The translations under genes and the position numbers were made by a program. Below the pieces are notes generated by a model. It had not been told where the DNA came from and ran no database searches. It saw nothing but the letters and a program-made list of their open reading frames with translations. A DNA stretch of 38,978 bases from Marivirga sp. (lineage in GTDB: Bacteria > Bacteroidota > Bacteroidia > Cytophagales > Cyclobacteriaceae), in assembly GCA_046709585.1 (NCBI GenBank), contig JBKEFO010000001.1:1-38978 (forward strand), read 5' to 3'. Shown in pieces: positions 1-9,454 of the stretch (its first letter is position 1; each line of letters opens with the position of its first letter).

Positions 1-2417
1 TGAGAGGTTCCACCAGCGCTTCGCAAGCTTACATATAAAAAATTTGTACTGGGAGAAAATTCAAGACCATAGACGGTACCTCCGAAGTTTACATCTAATA
101 ATGCATATTCGTAACCTCCAATGCTGTCCCTTCTGATAAAGTCGACAAAAGCGCCTCCTTCATTGTACGAGTGGGCTATTTTATCACCACCAGCAGCATA
201 TTTTAAATAGCCTACAGTGCTTTCTGCGGTTAAAAAAGTAGCACCTTGGCTCACATAATCTGGTGAATTTATGCCCTCGGCATTTACATCAAAAGAGCGA
301 TAATTATTAGTACCTAGCTCATGTGTGAGTACAGTGGTGTTGGCTGTGCCAACAGCAGCTATTTTTTCCAGATTTTGTGCATATATCTTTCTATTTTTAA
401 GGACGACATCTCCCAAGCCATTATTTAGTTTTAAATCTACTAAAGCTACTTTAAAGCCTTTATTCAGACTGTTTTCATCTTCTGACAAAAAGATGTAATA
501 CAAAGATGGATCAGTACCATGGGCTACTGCGATTACGCCTTGAGAGGCATCACTGCTGCCGCCTAGGTCAGTGCCGTTGGCCATTTCTTGATGCTCTGAA
601 TCCCATATTATTTCTCCATTTGTATAAAATAGGAGGTCCCCATTGTCATCTGAGACAGTGGCGCAACCCTCCTCTGCTAGAATTGCCCCATCTGTGACGG
701 CTTGAGGCCCGGCATCACCATTGAAATCAATGCCAGCCCCCTCACCAAAATACCAAAAATTGGCCAATTGCTTACCTTCTTCGTATAAGGTAAGTGTGAA
801 AGTTGCTGTAACTGTGCAGGCACCAACGGTAACAGCAGCTGAGTAAGTTCCTGACTGGAGAAAAGTGGCTGTGCCATCACCATTGTCAGTGAATTTTGTA
901 GGGTCTGGGTTTATCCACACTACTTGATCTGGATCACTACCATCGCCTAATGTAGGCCCGTAATTTTGTAAGGGAAGTTCACAGACCGTGCTGTCTTGAA
1001 GTTGCACCTGGCTGTCGAATATATCGACAGTTACCACTGTGGAGTCTATGAGTATATTCCCGCCAGCGTTCACAAACAACTTCACGTTGTAGCTACCTGC
1101 AGCTGCAAAATTTACTATTGGGCTGATAGCGTCTGAAGTCTGTCCATCACCAAAATCCCAAAATACGGAGGAAATATCTTCTAATGCATCGTATTGTGCA
1201 AAAAATGAAATGGGGTTGTTCTGACAGATAGCAGTATTTAATTGCGTATCGTACCAGTCGAAATCCACCAATGCATCAATTAATTGTGGTGGAGCCGATT
1301 GCGGTAAGTTCTGAGCATTTCCAAAGTCTGCACCATTAAAAAGGTCCCATTGAATATTTAATGAATCAGGTATCGAATCAGCAAATTGAATCCTACTTAA
1401 AAAAGAAGATGCGCCATTATTGTATAAGAAATATAACAGTCCATCGGGCCCGTTTTGTAAAGCGGAAGCCTCATTAATGGTTCTGTTTAGTATGTTTTCC
1501 GTACTAAGGCTGTCAGGATTAAACTGAAAAATGCTACCTTCATTTGTAGTAGTATTATTTCTGCTGTAATATAGATTAGCACCACCAACGGACCATTCAA
1601 TGTCTGTTATCTGCTGATTTACTGCCCCAGTATTCGTGAGTAAGGTTTCGTTGACGAAATTTGCCGAAGAAGGGCTATCTCCTAATAAGTCTAATAGGAT
1701 GATGTTTTTAGGTGCGGATCCAACATTTTCGGAACTTAAGGCTAATTGAACAGAGTCTTGACCAATGGTTCTAAAGCTGACATTATTTAATGCGTAGCTA
1801 ATGGAGAAAGTATGGCTAAGAGCCGGAGTAGCTGCGAGGGTACCTCCATTTTGGATTTGGGATATTTTTAATTGGTTGTCGATAAGGGTTTGATACAGGA
1901 GGTAATAAGTATCTCCAATCCTTAAACTCTGAACAAATGGTGCCAAGTTGGTTATGCCTGTGGCAATAGGGGCTGAGCTTACTTCACCGAATGTTCCAGC
2001 ATTTAAATCTACATTGACATATTGTAAATCGCCAGCATTCGTAATGAAATAGACATGCATCAGTTCATCATTTGCGATAGGAGAAGGGCTGATGGTTACG
2101 CCGTTTTGTATCGTGGAATTGCCTGTTATATTGCCGCCAGGCATTATTTGATGGTCCTTTCCATATATTGTTGTTCCATCGGTATAAAAAAGTAACTCGC
2201 CATTTGTGGCACGCGCCGCCACTGCGGCTGCATTTACGCCAAAAGGGGTTGCTTGGTTTGAAATGATATCCGCAGCTCTTCCGTTGCTTTTACTAAACTG
2301 TATTGCTCGGTTATTATCTCCATAATACCAGAATGACTCACTAAACTCTTGAGCCAATAAAGTTTGACCAAATAAAAAAGATAGAAGAAGAAAGTACTTA
2401 AATATTGAACTACTCAT
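1..2417 (-). CDS. Large secreted PKD/beta-propeller surface protein, probable T9SS substrate (partial; 3' end runs off the window; absent from the ORF track)
   Basis: Manual translation from ATG at 2417 gives MSSSIFKYFLLLSFLFGQTLLAQEFSESFWYYGDN... (signal peptide). Two homologous modules (WYYG..GELLFYTDG near 2330-2180; WYFGEGAGIDF..GDLLFYTNG near 760-615), a PKD motif WDFGDG near 1141-1160, and the same frame is still open at the window edge (..YGLEFSPSTNFLYVS..). Divergent from a PorP/SprF gene. Confidence 0.85.
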   Translation of the reverse strand, partial: MSSSIFKYFLLLSFLFGQTLLAQEFSESFWYYGDNNRAIQFSKSNGRAADIISNQATPFGVNAAAVAARATNGELLFYTDGTTIYGKDHQIMPGGNITGNSTIQNGVTISPSPIANDELMHVYFITNAGDLQYVNVDLNAGTFGEVSSAPIATGITNLAPFVQSLRIGDTYYLLYQTLIDNQLKISQIQNGGTLAATPALSHTFSISYALNNVSFRTIGQDSVQLALSSENVGSAPKNIILLDLLGDSPSSANFVNETLLTNTGAVNQQITDIEWSVGGANLYYSRNNTTTNEGSIFQFNPDSLSTENILNRTINEASALQNGPDGLLYFLYNNGASSFLSRIQFADSIPDSLNIQWDLFNGADFGNAQNLPQSAPPQLIDALVDFDWYDTQLNTAICQNNPISFFAQYDALEDISSVFWDFGDGQTSDAISPIVNFAAAGSYNVKLFVNAGGNILIDSTVVTVDIFDSQVQLQDSTVCELPLQNYGPTLGDGSDPDQVVWINPDPTKFTDNGDGTATFLQSGTYSAAVTVGACTVTATFTLTLYEEGKQLANFWYFGEGAGIDFNGDAGPQAVTDGAILAEEGCATVSDDNGDLLFYTNGEIIWDSEHQEMANGTDLGGSSDASQGVIAVAHGTDPSLYYIFLSEDENSLNKGFKVALVDLKLNNGLGDVVLKNRKIYAQNLEKIAAVGTANTTVLTHELGTNNYRSFDVNAEGINSPDYVSQGATFLTAESTVGYLKYAAGGDKIAHSYNEGGAFVDFIRRDSIGGYEYALLDVNFGGTVYGLEFSPSTNFLYVSLRSAGGTS

Positions 2418-2491
2418 GATGTTGCTTACTCAAAATTTTAAAACACACTAGTATAACAGCAATAACGTAAAAAGGTACAGATTAATTTTTA

Positions 2492-2523
2492 ATGCTATTC
2501 ATTTGTACAAAATTGAATAGCAT
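2492..2523. promoter_or_regulatory. Near-perfect 32-bp inverted repeat in a divergent promoter region
   Basis: ATGCTATTCA-TTTGTACAAA-AT-TGAATAGCAT: perfect 10-bp arms around a palindromic 10-bp core. Confidence 0.5.
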
Positions 2524-2699
2524 GCCGTTTTAATACGATATCGAAATTAGTAAATTAAAAGAGAATCTGACACTGTAATTTGTACGTTTTTAGATTTTTT
2601 AATCGAAAAGAGGGCTTTTTCTCTTGCGATGAGCCTTAGCTTTCTAACTTATTTCATATATTTCGACAATTTTGAACAGTATTTGTATGTTAATATAAC

Positions 2700-3746
2700 G
2701 TGTTGAAAACTAAAAATATTCTAAAGTTAAGTTTAATAGCCTTTATGCTATGCATTTTAAAGGTGAATTCTGGGATGGCGCAAGACCCGCAGTTCTCACA
2801 GTTTTATGCAGCCCCACTTTATCTTAACCCTGCTTTTGCGGGGAACACTCAGATGAGTAGGTTTGGTGTTAATTACAGGAACCAATGGCCTAGTATTAAC
2901 GCGAATTTTACGACATATTCAGCCTATTTTGATCACTATTTTGATATGATACGTAGTGGTGTAGGTTTTGTGATATTACGAGATCAAGAAGGTCAAGTGG
3001 GTTATAGGTCAACCACCATTGGTGCACAATATGCATATCAGTTGCGCATTTCAGATAAAATCACTTTTAGACCAGGGATACAAGTTGGGGTTATTAATAC
3101 AAACCTAGATTTTAGTAGACTAACATTTTCAAGCTCTTTTGATCCTGATTGTCAATGTTTTCCAAACCCTAGTGGGGAAGCCGGCGGAGGTGATAGTAAG
3201 TTTATGTTCGATCTTTCATTAGGGGGCGTGATTTATTCCGAAAATTTTTGGTTTGGATATTCTAATTTCCATCTTAATCAGCCCAACCAGTCTATTGCAG
3301 GAGAAGCTAGCCCTTTGTCTATGAGGCATTCATTCCACGCTGGCTATAAGGTTTTCCTGAACACAGGCTATGGTAAAAAGGGATATACTAAGTCTGGTTA
3401 TGAAAGAAGCATTACGCCGACAGCACAATTTAAAATGCAAGGACCTTTTAGACAACTTGATCTGGGCTTATATGCCACCTTAGAGCCAATGGTGGTCGGC
3501 TTACAGTATAGAGGAATACCGTTTGCTTCAGCCAATGAAGGTATATCTACCTCGGAGTCACTGATTCTTATCTTGGGGTATTCTTATGAGAAGGTGTCAG
3601 TAGGTTATAGTTTCGATTACACTTTATCTGGCTTAGGTATCAGAAGTGGAGGAGCTCATGAAATTTCTATATCATACGTATTGTCATTAACAGATCCGAG
3701 AAGGCCACCAGCAGATAGGTTGCGCATACCATGTCCTAAATTCTAA
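2700..3746 (+). CDS. Type IX secretion system PorP/SprF-family outer membrane protein
   Basis: Signal peptide followed by the family signature AQDPQFSQFY..PLYLNPAFAG..NYRNQW; C-terminal GYSFDYT..GGAHEIS. Confidence 0.93.
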   Translation: MLKTKNILKLSLIAFMLCILKVNSGMAQDPQFSQFYAAPLYLNPAFAGNTQMSRFGVNYRNQWPSINANFTTYSAYFDHYFDMIRSGVGFVILRDQEGQVGYRSTTIGAQYAYQLRISDKITFRPGIQVGVINTNLDFSRLTFSSSFDPDCQCFPNPSGEAGGGDSKFMFDLSLGGVIYSENFWFGYSNFHLNQPNQSIAGEASPLSMRHSFHAGYKVFLNTGYGKKGYTKSGYERSITPTAQFKMQGPFRQLDLGLYATLEPMVVGLQYRGIPFASANEGISTSESLILILGYSYEKVSVGYSFDYTLSGLGIRSGGAHEISISYVLSLTDPRRPPADRLRIPCPKF

Positions 3747-3752
3747 GTCTTT

Positions 3753-4997
3753 ATGCAATTTAATGCAACTGAATACCTAGCCATCCTATTGATTATTATT
3801 GGAGGCGAGTATCTATTTTCAACTTTTGTGGATTTATTGAATTCAAGGAATGATAGCAGTCACGTTCCTGAGAAATTAAACAGCTACTATGATGATGATA
3901 AGTACCAAATCGCCTTAGCTTACCAAAAGGAAAACGCACGTTTTGGCTTATTGAACGGATTTGTAAGTCTGCTAACTGTTGTATGCGTAATATTTTACGG
4001 GCTGTTAGGTAAGTTAGATGCTTATTTTACTGCTGAACTGAGTGGTATGATACCACAGACCCTAGCTTTTTTTGGCGTTATTTTTCTCGTTAATGATGTG
4101 ATGAATATGCCTTTTCAACTCTATTCGACTTTCAGAATTGAGGAGAAATATGGGTTTAACAATACAACGGTTAAGGTTTTCTTCCTAGACAAGCTCAAAG
4201 GCTATTTGTTTACAGCATTGATAGGGAGTATTTTATTATCTGTACTTATACTCTTAATAACCTATTTGAGTGCCTCCTTTTGGTGGATATTCTGGATAGT
4301 CATCAGCATATTTATGATTGGCGCAAATTTCCTTTATACTAGCTGGATAGTACCAATTTTCAATAAATTAACACCATTAGAAGATGGGGAATTGAAAAGT
4401 GCGATTGTCGCCTACGGTGAGTCCGTTAACTTCCCTGTTGAGACCATTTTTGTTATTGATGGATCCAAAAGATCGAATAAGGCTAATGCCTATTTTTCTG
4501 GTTTCGGCAGAAGAAAAAAAATAGTGCTTTTTGATACCCTGGTCAAAAATTATACCACTGAGGAGCTAGTAGCTATATTAGCACATGAAGTAGGCCACAA
4601 TAAATTAAAACACACTATTTTTGGGATGGTAAACGCAGTGATTCAAGTTGGCTTCATGCTTTTTGTGATGTCGTTAATGATTTTCGAACCAAGTTTAAGT
4701 GAAGCATTGGGAGCGATGAGCTTAAGCTTTGGTATTAATCTTATTGCGTTTGGTATTATCTTTACACCGATAAGTATGCTTACTGGAATTATTGGCAACT
4801 ACCTCAGTAGGAAACATGAATTTGAAGCAGATGCGTTTGCCAAGAAAACGTATAACGGTGCCTTTTTAGCCACGGCTTTAAAAAAGCTATCTGTCGATAA
4901 TTTAAGTAATCTATGGCCTCATAAATTTTACGTATTTATCCATTACTCTCATCCGCCGCTATTAAAAAGACTGCTAGCAATTGAAAGAAGCGAATAA
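3753..4997 (+). CDS. M48 family (Ste24/CAAX-like) membrane zinc metallopeptidase
   Basis: Multiple TM segments, DGSKRS..ANAYF, HEXXH (AHEVGH), SRKHEFEAD, YSHPPL. Confidence 0.95.
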   Translation: MQFNATEYLAILLIIIGGEYLFSTFVDLLNSRNDSSHVPEKLNSYYDDDKYQIALAYQKENARFGLLNGFVSLLTVVCVIFYGLLGKLDAYFTAELSGMIPQTLAFFGVIFLVNDVMNMPFQLYSTFRIEEKYGFNNTTVKVFFLDKLKGYLFTALIGSILLSVLILLITYLSASFWWIFWIVISIFMIGANFLYTSWIVPIFNKLTPLEDGELKSAIVAYGESVNFPVETIFVIDGSKRSNKANAYFSGFGRRKKIVLFDTLVKNYTTEELVAILAHEVGHNKLKHTIFGMVNAVIQVGFMLFVMSLMIFEPSLSEALGAMSLSFGINLIAFGIIFTPISMLTGIIGNYLSRKHEFEADAFAKKTYNGAFLATALKKLSVDNLSNLWPHKFYVFIHYSHPPLLKRLLAIERSE

Positions 4998-5186
4998 AAT
5001 CTTCTCCTATTTTAAATAAAAACTATATATTTAAGACACTGAGTCCCTTTAATTAGACTGCTGTGTAATAAGTTACATGGCCATTAGGGCAATACGTACA
5101 AAGAAAAAATTTTTAAAAAGGCCTTTAATCGTCTTTAAACCATTTTAAAGCTCAATTGGCAACATTGTAATTAATATTTTATAATT

Positions 5187-7499
5187 ATGAAACGAATAAT
5201 TCTTACTTCATTCTTTTTTCTAGCTGTATCGCTAGTATTTGCCCAAGAATCAAAAATTGATGATTTAATTTACCGTGGTGAAAACTATTTTAAAATTAAA
5301 AATTATGAAGCGACGATAAAAGCCTTAGATGAAGCAGTACAATTAGGTACAAATAATGCGTATGTCAATTATATGTTAGGGGTTTCCTATCTCATGCAGC
5401 CAAATGCTACTGATCAATTAAAGGCTATTAATAGTTTTGATAAGCTAGACCAAGGTGGGTCATTAGATAAATTGCCCAAGGAGGTAAATTATTACATGGC
5501 TCAAGCATATCATAAAAATCTGCAATTAGTTAAAGCAGAAAAATACTATGAGCAATACCTTCAACTGATCAAAGGCGGGGCGCAGAATCTAATTGAAGAA
5601 GTAACCTTGCAACGTCAGAAAAGTCAAAATGCAATACGTCTTGTAAATGATAAGAAGGATATCAACATTCAAAAAATGGCGCCTCCTATCAACTCCGAAT
5701 ATACAGAATACAACCCTGTTGTTTCTGCAGATCAATCTGTGATGGCCTTTACTACCTTGAGGCCCAATAAGAGAACAGGAAGGTCAGTTGAGGAGATTTA
5801 TATAACTTATAGCAATGACGGCAATTGGGGGGGGGCTACAGTGGTCTCTATTAACACAAACGAAAATGTTGGTACCGCAGGTATATCTCCAGATGGTCAA
5901 CAAATGCTCGTTTTCATTGGTTCAGGTCCAAAAGGTAATATTTACATCATGAACAAAGAAGGGGCTGCATGGAGCGCGCCGGCGCCATTAAAGGGACTTA
6001 ATTCAAATAGTTTAGAATCAACAGCAAGTATTACCCCTGATGGCAAGAAAATTTATTTTGCCAGTAATCGACCTGGTGGCTACGGTGGGATGGATATTTA
6101 TGTAGGAGAGAAATTAGCCAGTGGTGGTTGGGGCAATGTTACTAACCTTGGAGCTGAAATTAATACGCAATATGATGAGGACGCGCCATTTATTCATCCA
6201 GATATGAAGACTTTATATTTTACCTCTAATGGTGTGAGGTCAATGGGTGGAAGAGATATTTTCAAAAGTGTTAAATCAGGAGGGAAGTGGAAATCACCAG
6301 AAAATATGGGCTATCCTATTAATACGCCCCTAGACGATAATTATTTTACCCTTACAGCCGATGGTAGTAGGGGTTTTTTCTCTTCAGACAGGCAGGGAGG
6401 ATATGGTGGACAGGATATTTATACCTTTGAGATGCCTGAACAGTATGCAAATATTCCTTTGACCATGTTAAAAGGTAAAATAACAGCTGGTCCAGATAAG
6501 CAGCCAGTCCCTACAAGAATAAAATTAGTAAATAATGAGGATAATACTAAAGTTGATTATGTGTATGATCCCGACCCTAGAACTGGCAACTATTTGATTA
6601 TTCTTCCTCCGGGAAAAAATTATGATTTAATCATTGAATCTGAAGGGTACCTACCCTATACACTGAATATTAATGTGCCTAACCAAACATATTTTTATGA
6701 GTTATATCAAAGGATTAACTTAAATCTTATCAGGCAGTTTGATGTTGTTGTGGGTCAGGAGGTGACCGTTAATAATGCTTTCTATGATACGCAGCAAACG
6801 GAGTCGCACAGCCCTAAACAAGCAAATGAGGCCATGTTGGTGCAAAATGATAGTTTAGATGTATATGGTATGATGGATGCTATCATAGCAACGGAAGATA
6901 CTGCGGCATTTAATTATTTGATGGGCTTGATGTATAGTGTTAATCCGATAGAGAATGTTGATTTTACATCGAAAGAAGATGAGGGTGAAATCGCAAGCAG
7001 AACTTATTACTATGATGAGAGTGACACCACAACTTTGCAAAGTAGAGTGGTAGAAGGAGAAACCATTTATTCACTTCCTACTATGTACGTGACGGAAGAA
7101 GCGCAGAAACAAAAGGCGGAAAAGAAAAAGGAGATTGTAGCTAATTATGATGAAATGCTGTTGGAACCAGTGTATAAAATCTATTTTGATGTGGGCCAGG
7201 CAAACTTGTCCGATAAAGATAAGACTGAATTACAAAATATTTACGCGAAGATCGGTGCAAGCGATCAACTAGGCATCCAGATATCTGGATATGCCTCAGC
7301 TGAAGGAAATCCAGAAGCAAATAGGAAGTTGTCTAATCAAAGGGCTATTGAGGTAGTGAATTTCTTCAATTTTAAAGGAGTAGTGAGAAGACGTATTATT
7401 GCTAAAGGTTATGGTGCTACGCAAGCCGACTCTAAAAATCCTGCCGAGAATAGGCGAGTGGAAGTTCAGATTGTAGATTTAAATAAGGTTAGTAAGTAA
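5187..7499 (+). CDS. TPR-PD40-OmpA domain periplasmic protein (PorE-like)
   Basis: N-terminal TPR-like helices, PD40 repeats (IYFASNRPGGYGGMDIY; FFSSDRQGGYGGQDIY), C-terminal OmpA domain (N.KLS.QRA..V; NRRVE). Confidence 0.9.
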   Translation: MKRIILTSFFFLAVSLVFAQESKIDDLIYRGENYFKIKNYEATIKALDEAVQLGTNNAYVNYMLGVSYLMQPNATDQLKAINSFDKLDQGGSLDKLPKEVNYYMAQAYHKNLQLVKAEKYYEQYLQLIKGGAQNLIEEVTLQRQKSQNAIRLVNDKKDINIQKMAPPINSEYTEYNPVVSADQSVMAFTTLRPNKRTGRSVEEIYITYSNDGNWGGATVVSINTNENVGTAGISPDGQQMLVFIGSGPKGNIYIMNKEGAAWSAPAPLKGLNSNSLESTASITPDGKKIYFASNRPGGYGGMDIYVGEKLASGGWGNVTNLGAEINTQYDEDAPFIHPDMKTLYFTSNGVRSMGGRDIFKSVKSGGKWKSPENMGYPINTPLDDNYFTLTADGSRGFFSSDRQGGYGGQDIYTFEMPEQYANIPLTMLKGKITAGPDKQPVPTRIKLVNNEDNTKVDYVYDPDPRTGNYLIILPPGKNYDLIIESEGYLPYTLNINVPNQTYFYELYQRINLNLIRQFDVVVGQEVTVNNAFYDTQQTESHSPKQANEAMLVQNDSLDVYGMMDAIIATEDTAAFNYLMGLMYSVNPIENVDFTSKEDEGEIASRTYYYDESDTTTLQSRVVEGETIYSLPTMYVTEEAQKQKAEKKKEIVANYDEMLLEPVYKIYFDVGQANLSDKDKTELQNIYAKIGASDQLGIQISGYASAEGNPEANRKLSNQRAIEVVNFFNFKGVVRRRIIAKGYGATQADSKNPAENRRVEVQIVDLNKVSK

Positions 7500-7515
7500 G
7501 TGAACTAGATGTTAT

Positions 7516-7550
7516 AAAAAAAAGGTCAGCTGCTAAGCTGACCTTTTTTT
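7516..7550. terminator. Bidirectional intrinsic terminator
   Basis: A8-GGTCAGCT-GCTA-AGCTGACC-T7 between convergent genes. Confidence 0.9.
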
Positions 7551-7579
7551 GTGTATAACTTTTTAACGAATGAAATACC

Positions 7580-8056
7580 CTATACTGTCGCTAGCACTTC
7601 TCTGCTATTATGAATCTCTTTTGGAAGCGTTACTTGGCTGATAAGTTGTTCCTCTAAGAGTTGCGCCCAAGTGCGCATATATAAAATAACATCCTCTTTT
7701 ATGTTGTGGTTAAGTCTATTACCTCTTTTGCCTAGATAACGTCGCACTTCATGATTTTGCAGTCTTTCAAGTTCTATCATATCTTTTCTTTCCAGCCCCG
7801 AGTCCATCATCGACGAGATAATCTCATCCATAGGCATAGCGCTTGTACTGCAATAATCATCTACCTGATCACTCCAGTCACCAGATTTTCTCATGGCGTA
7901 TTCATGAATCTCGCGCTTGCTGTAAGGAGTTAATTGTTGTGCTAAATGCCCACAATTGCAAGCACCCATATGACCCCACTGGTAAGTTCCTTCCGAATTC
8001 ATTTTATCTGCAGCCGCTTTAATGGCCTGAATTAATTTGATATTTGCTCTTGCCAT
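7580..8056 (-). CDS. Hypothetical protein with His/Cys cluster
   Basis: 158-aa ORF filling the gap between the terminator and a divergent promoter region; motif YQWGHMGACNCGHLAQ and GDWSDQVDDYC. Confidence 0.8.
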   Translation of the reverse strand: MARANIKLIQAIKAAADKMNSEGTYQWGHMGACNCGHLAQQLTPYSKREIHEYAMRKSGDWSDQVDDYCSTSAMPMDEIISSMMDSGLERKDMIELERLQNHEVRRYLGKRGNRLNHNIKEDVILYMRTWAQLLEEQLISQVTLPKEIHNSREVLATV

Positions 8057-8177
8057 AATCCTAATATTTTAACTTAATAACTGAAAAGTTTGGCAGAAAG
8101 TTTAGTGAAACCAGCTCGAAATAATATATTATTTGATACAAAGTGATGAATAGCACCTATTTTTTAACAATCATTCT

Positions 8178-8185
8178 TATTTTTG
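8178..8185 (+). promoter_or_regulatory. Bacteroidota housekeeping promoter -7 element
   Basis: TATTTTTG matches TAnnTTTG about 50 nt upstream of the ATG at 8237. Confidence 0.5.
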
Positions 8186-8236
8186 TGAAAACCAAAAGGA
8201 ATACATTCGGTTAGACAGTAAAATTATAATAAAGAT

Positions 8237-9349
8237 ATGGCATTTAATTTTTTTAAGAAGAAAGAGAAAGATAATTCCGCTAATAAGAAAAATGATCGGT
8301 ATAAGGAACTAACAGTACGTCAGGTTGTACATGCTACAAAAGATGCGATTGTTATTGAATTTGAAAAGCCGGAATGGGAAATCAGCTATACTGCTGGCCA
8401 GTTTCTTACCTTGATCACAGATATTAACGGAGAGAGTGTAAGAAGAGCTTATTCGCTATGCACCTCCCCTCTGGTGGACGAATTTCCAGCAGTAACTGTA
8501 AAGAGGGTAGAAGGTGGCAGGATGTCTAACTACTTAAATGACAACCTTAAAGCAGGGGAAAGTATGCAAGTACTGGAGCCGATGGGTAATTTTACTACTG
8601 AGGTGGTTGCAGAGAAAAAGAGACACCTTATCATGTTTGCTGGTGGGAGTGGTATCACGCCAATGATGGGCATTTCCAAATCAATTTTGCATGGCGAAAG
8701 CGATAGTATTATCTCATTAATTTATGCGAATAGAAATCTTGAATCTGTTATCTTCAAAAAAGAGTTTGATGCCCTCGAAGATAAGTATGAAGGCCGCATG
8801 CATGTGATTCATGTGTTAGATGACGCACCACTAAACTGGCAAGGAGAGTCTGGTCTGTTAAATGAAGAGATGCTGAAAAAAATATTCGTCAGGATTCCTA
8901 GCTGGGGAAGTGAGCAAACGCAGTATCTCATGTGTGGTCCTGAGGGGATGATGAAGAATGTGGAGCAAGCATTAGAAGTGTTGGAAATCCCTAAGGCTAA
9001 TATTTTTAAAGAAAGTTTTGTTCAAGGTACTATTGACAAAGCAAATAAGTCAACGGCAAAAGTAGAGGTAGGTGGCGATTATGAGGTAACCATTTTGTTT
9101 GATGATGAGGAACATGTATTCACAGTGCCTGCAGACAAAAGTATATTAGAGACAGCCTTAGACGCCGACATAGATTTGCCATTCTCTTGTCAGAGTGGTT
9201 TGTGTACTGCATGTAGAGGTAAATTGTTATCTGGAACGATGCATTTAGATGAGGACGAAGGGCTCTCTGATTCAGAAAAAGAGGAGGGTTACGTATTGAC
9301 CTGCGTAGGACATCCGACTTCTGAGGGAGTAAAAATTAAAATCGGATAA
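8237..9349 (+). CDS. PaaE-like ferredoxin-NAD(P)H reductase (FAD/NAD-binding plus C-terminal 2Fe-2S)
   Basis: RAYSL, GQFLT, AGGSGITP, YLMCGP and the 2Fe-2S motif CQSGLCTAC...C. Confidence 0.92.
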   Translation: MAFNFFKKKEKDNSANKKNDRYKELTVRQVVHATKDAIVIEFEKPEWEISYTAGQFLTLITDINGESVRRAYSLCTSPLVDEFPAVTVKRVEGGRMSNYLNDNLKAGESMQVLEPMGNFTTEVVAEKKRHLIMFAGGSGITPMMGISKSILHGESDSIISLIYANRNLESVIFKKEFDALEDKYEGRMHVIHVLDDAPLNWQGESGLLNEEMLKKIFVRIPSWGSEQTQYLMCGPEGMMKNVEQALEVLEIPKANIFKESFVQGTIDKANKSTAKVEVGGDYEVTILFDDEEHVFTVPADKSILETALDADIDLPFSCQSGLCTACRGKLLSGTMHLDEDEGLSDSEKEEGYVLTCVGHPTSEGVKIKIG

Positions 9350-9377
9350 ATTTCATATAGCGTTTTAGTGAGAATAG

Positions 9378-9401
9378 AAGAGGACATTGTCCTCTTTTTT
9401 T
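9378..9401 (+). terminator. Intrinsic terminator after the reductase gene
   Basis: AAGAGGAC-ATT-GTCCTC followed by a T run; argues against the GTG at 9368 being the pepF start. Confidence 0.65.
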
Positions 9402-9454
9402 ATGAAGGGAATGGAAGCTTAAATGGAGACTTAGTTCGTCCAAAAAAAAATATT

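Noticed and set aside
506-883. Short ORFs 506-697 (+) and 677-883 (-)
   Set aside because: Both lie within the long minus-strand surface-protein gene (1-2417) in other frames.
9368-9454. N-terminal extension of PepF from the GTG at 9368
   Set aside because: Overlaps a terminator hairpin; the ATG at 9455 has a better context.
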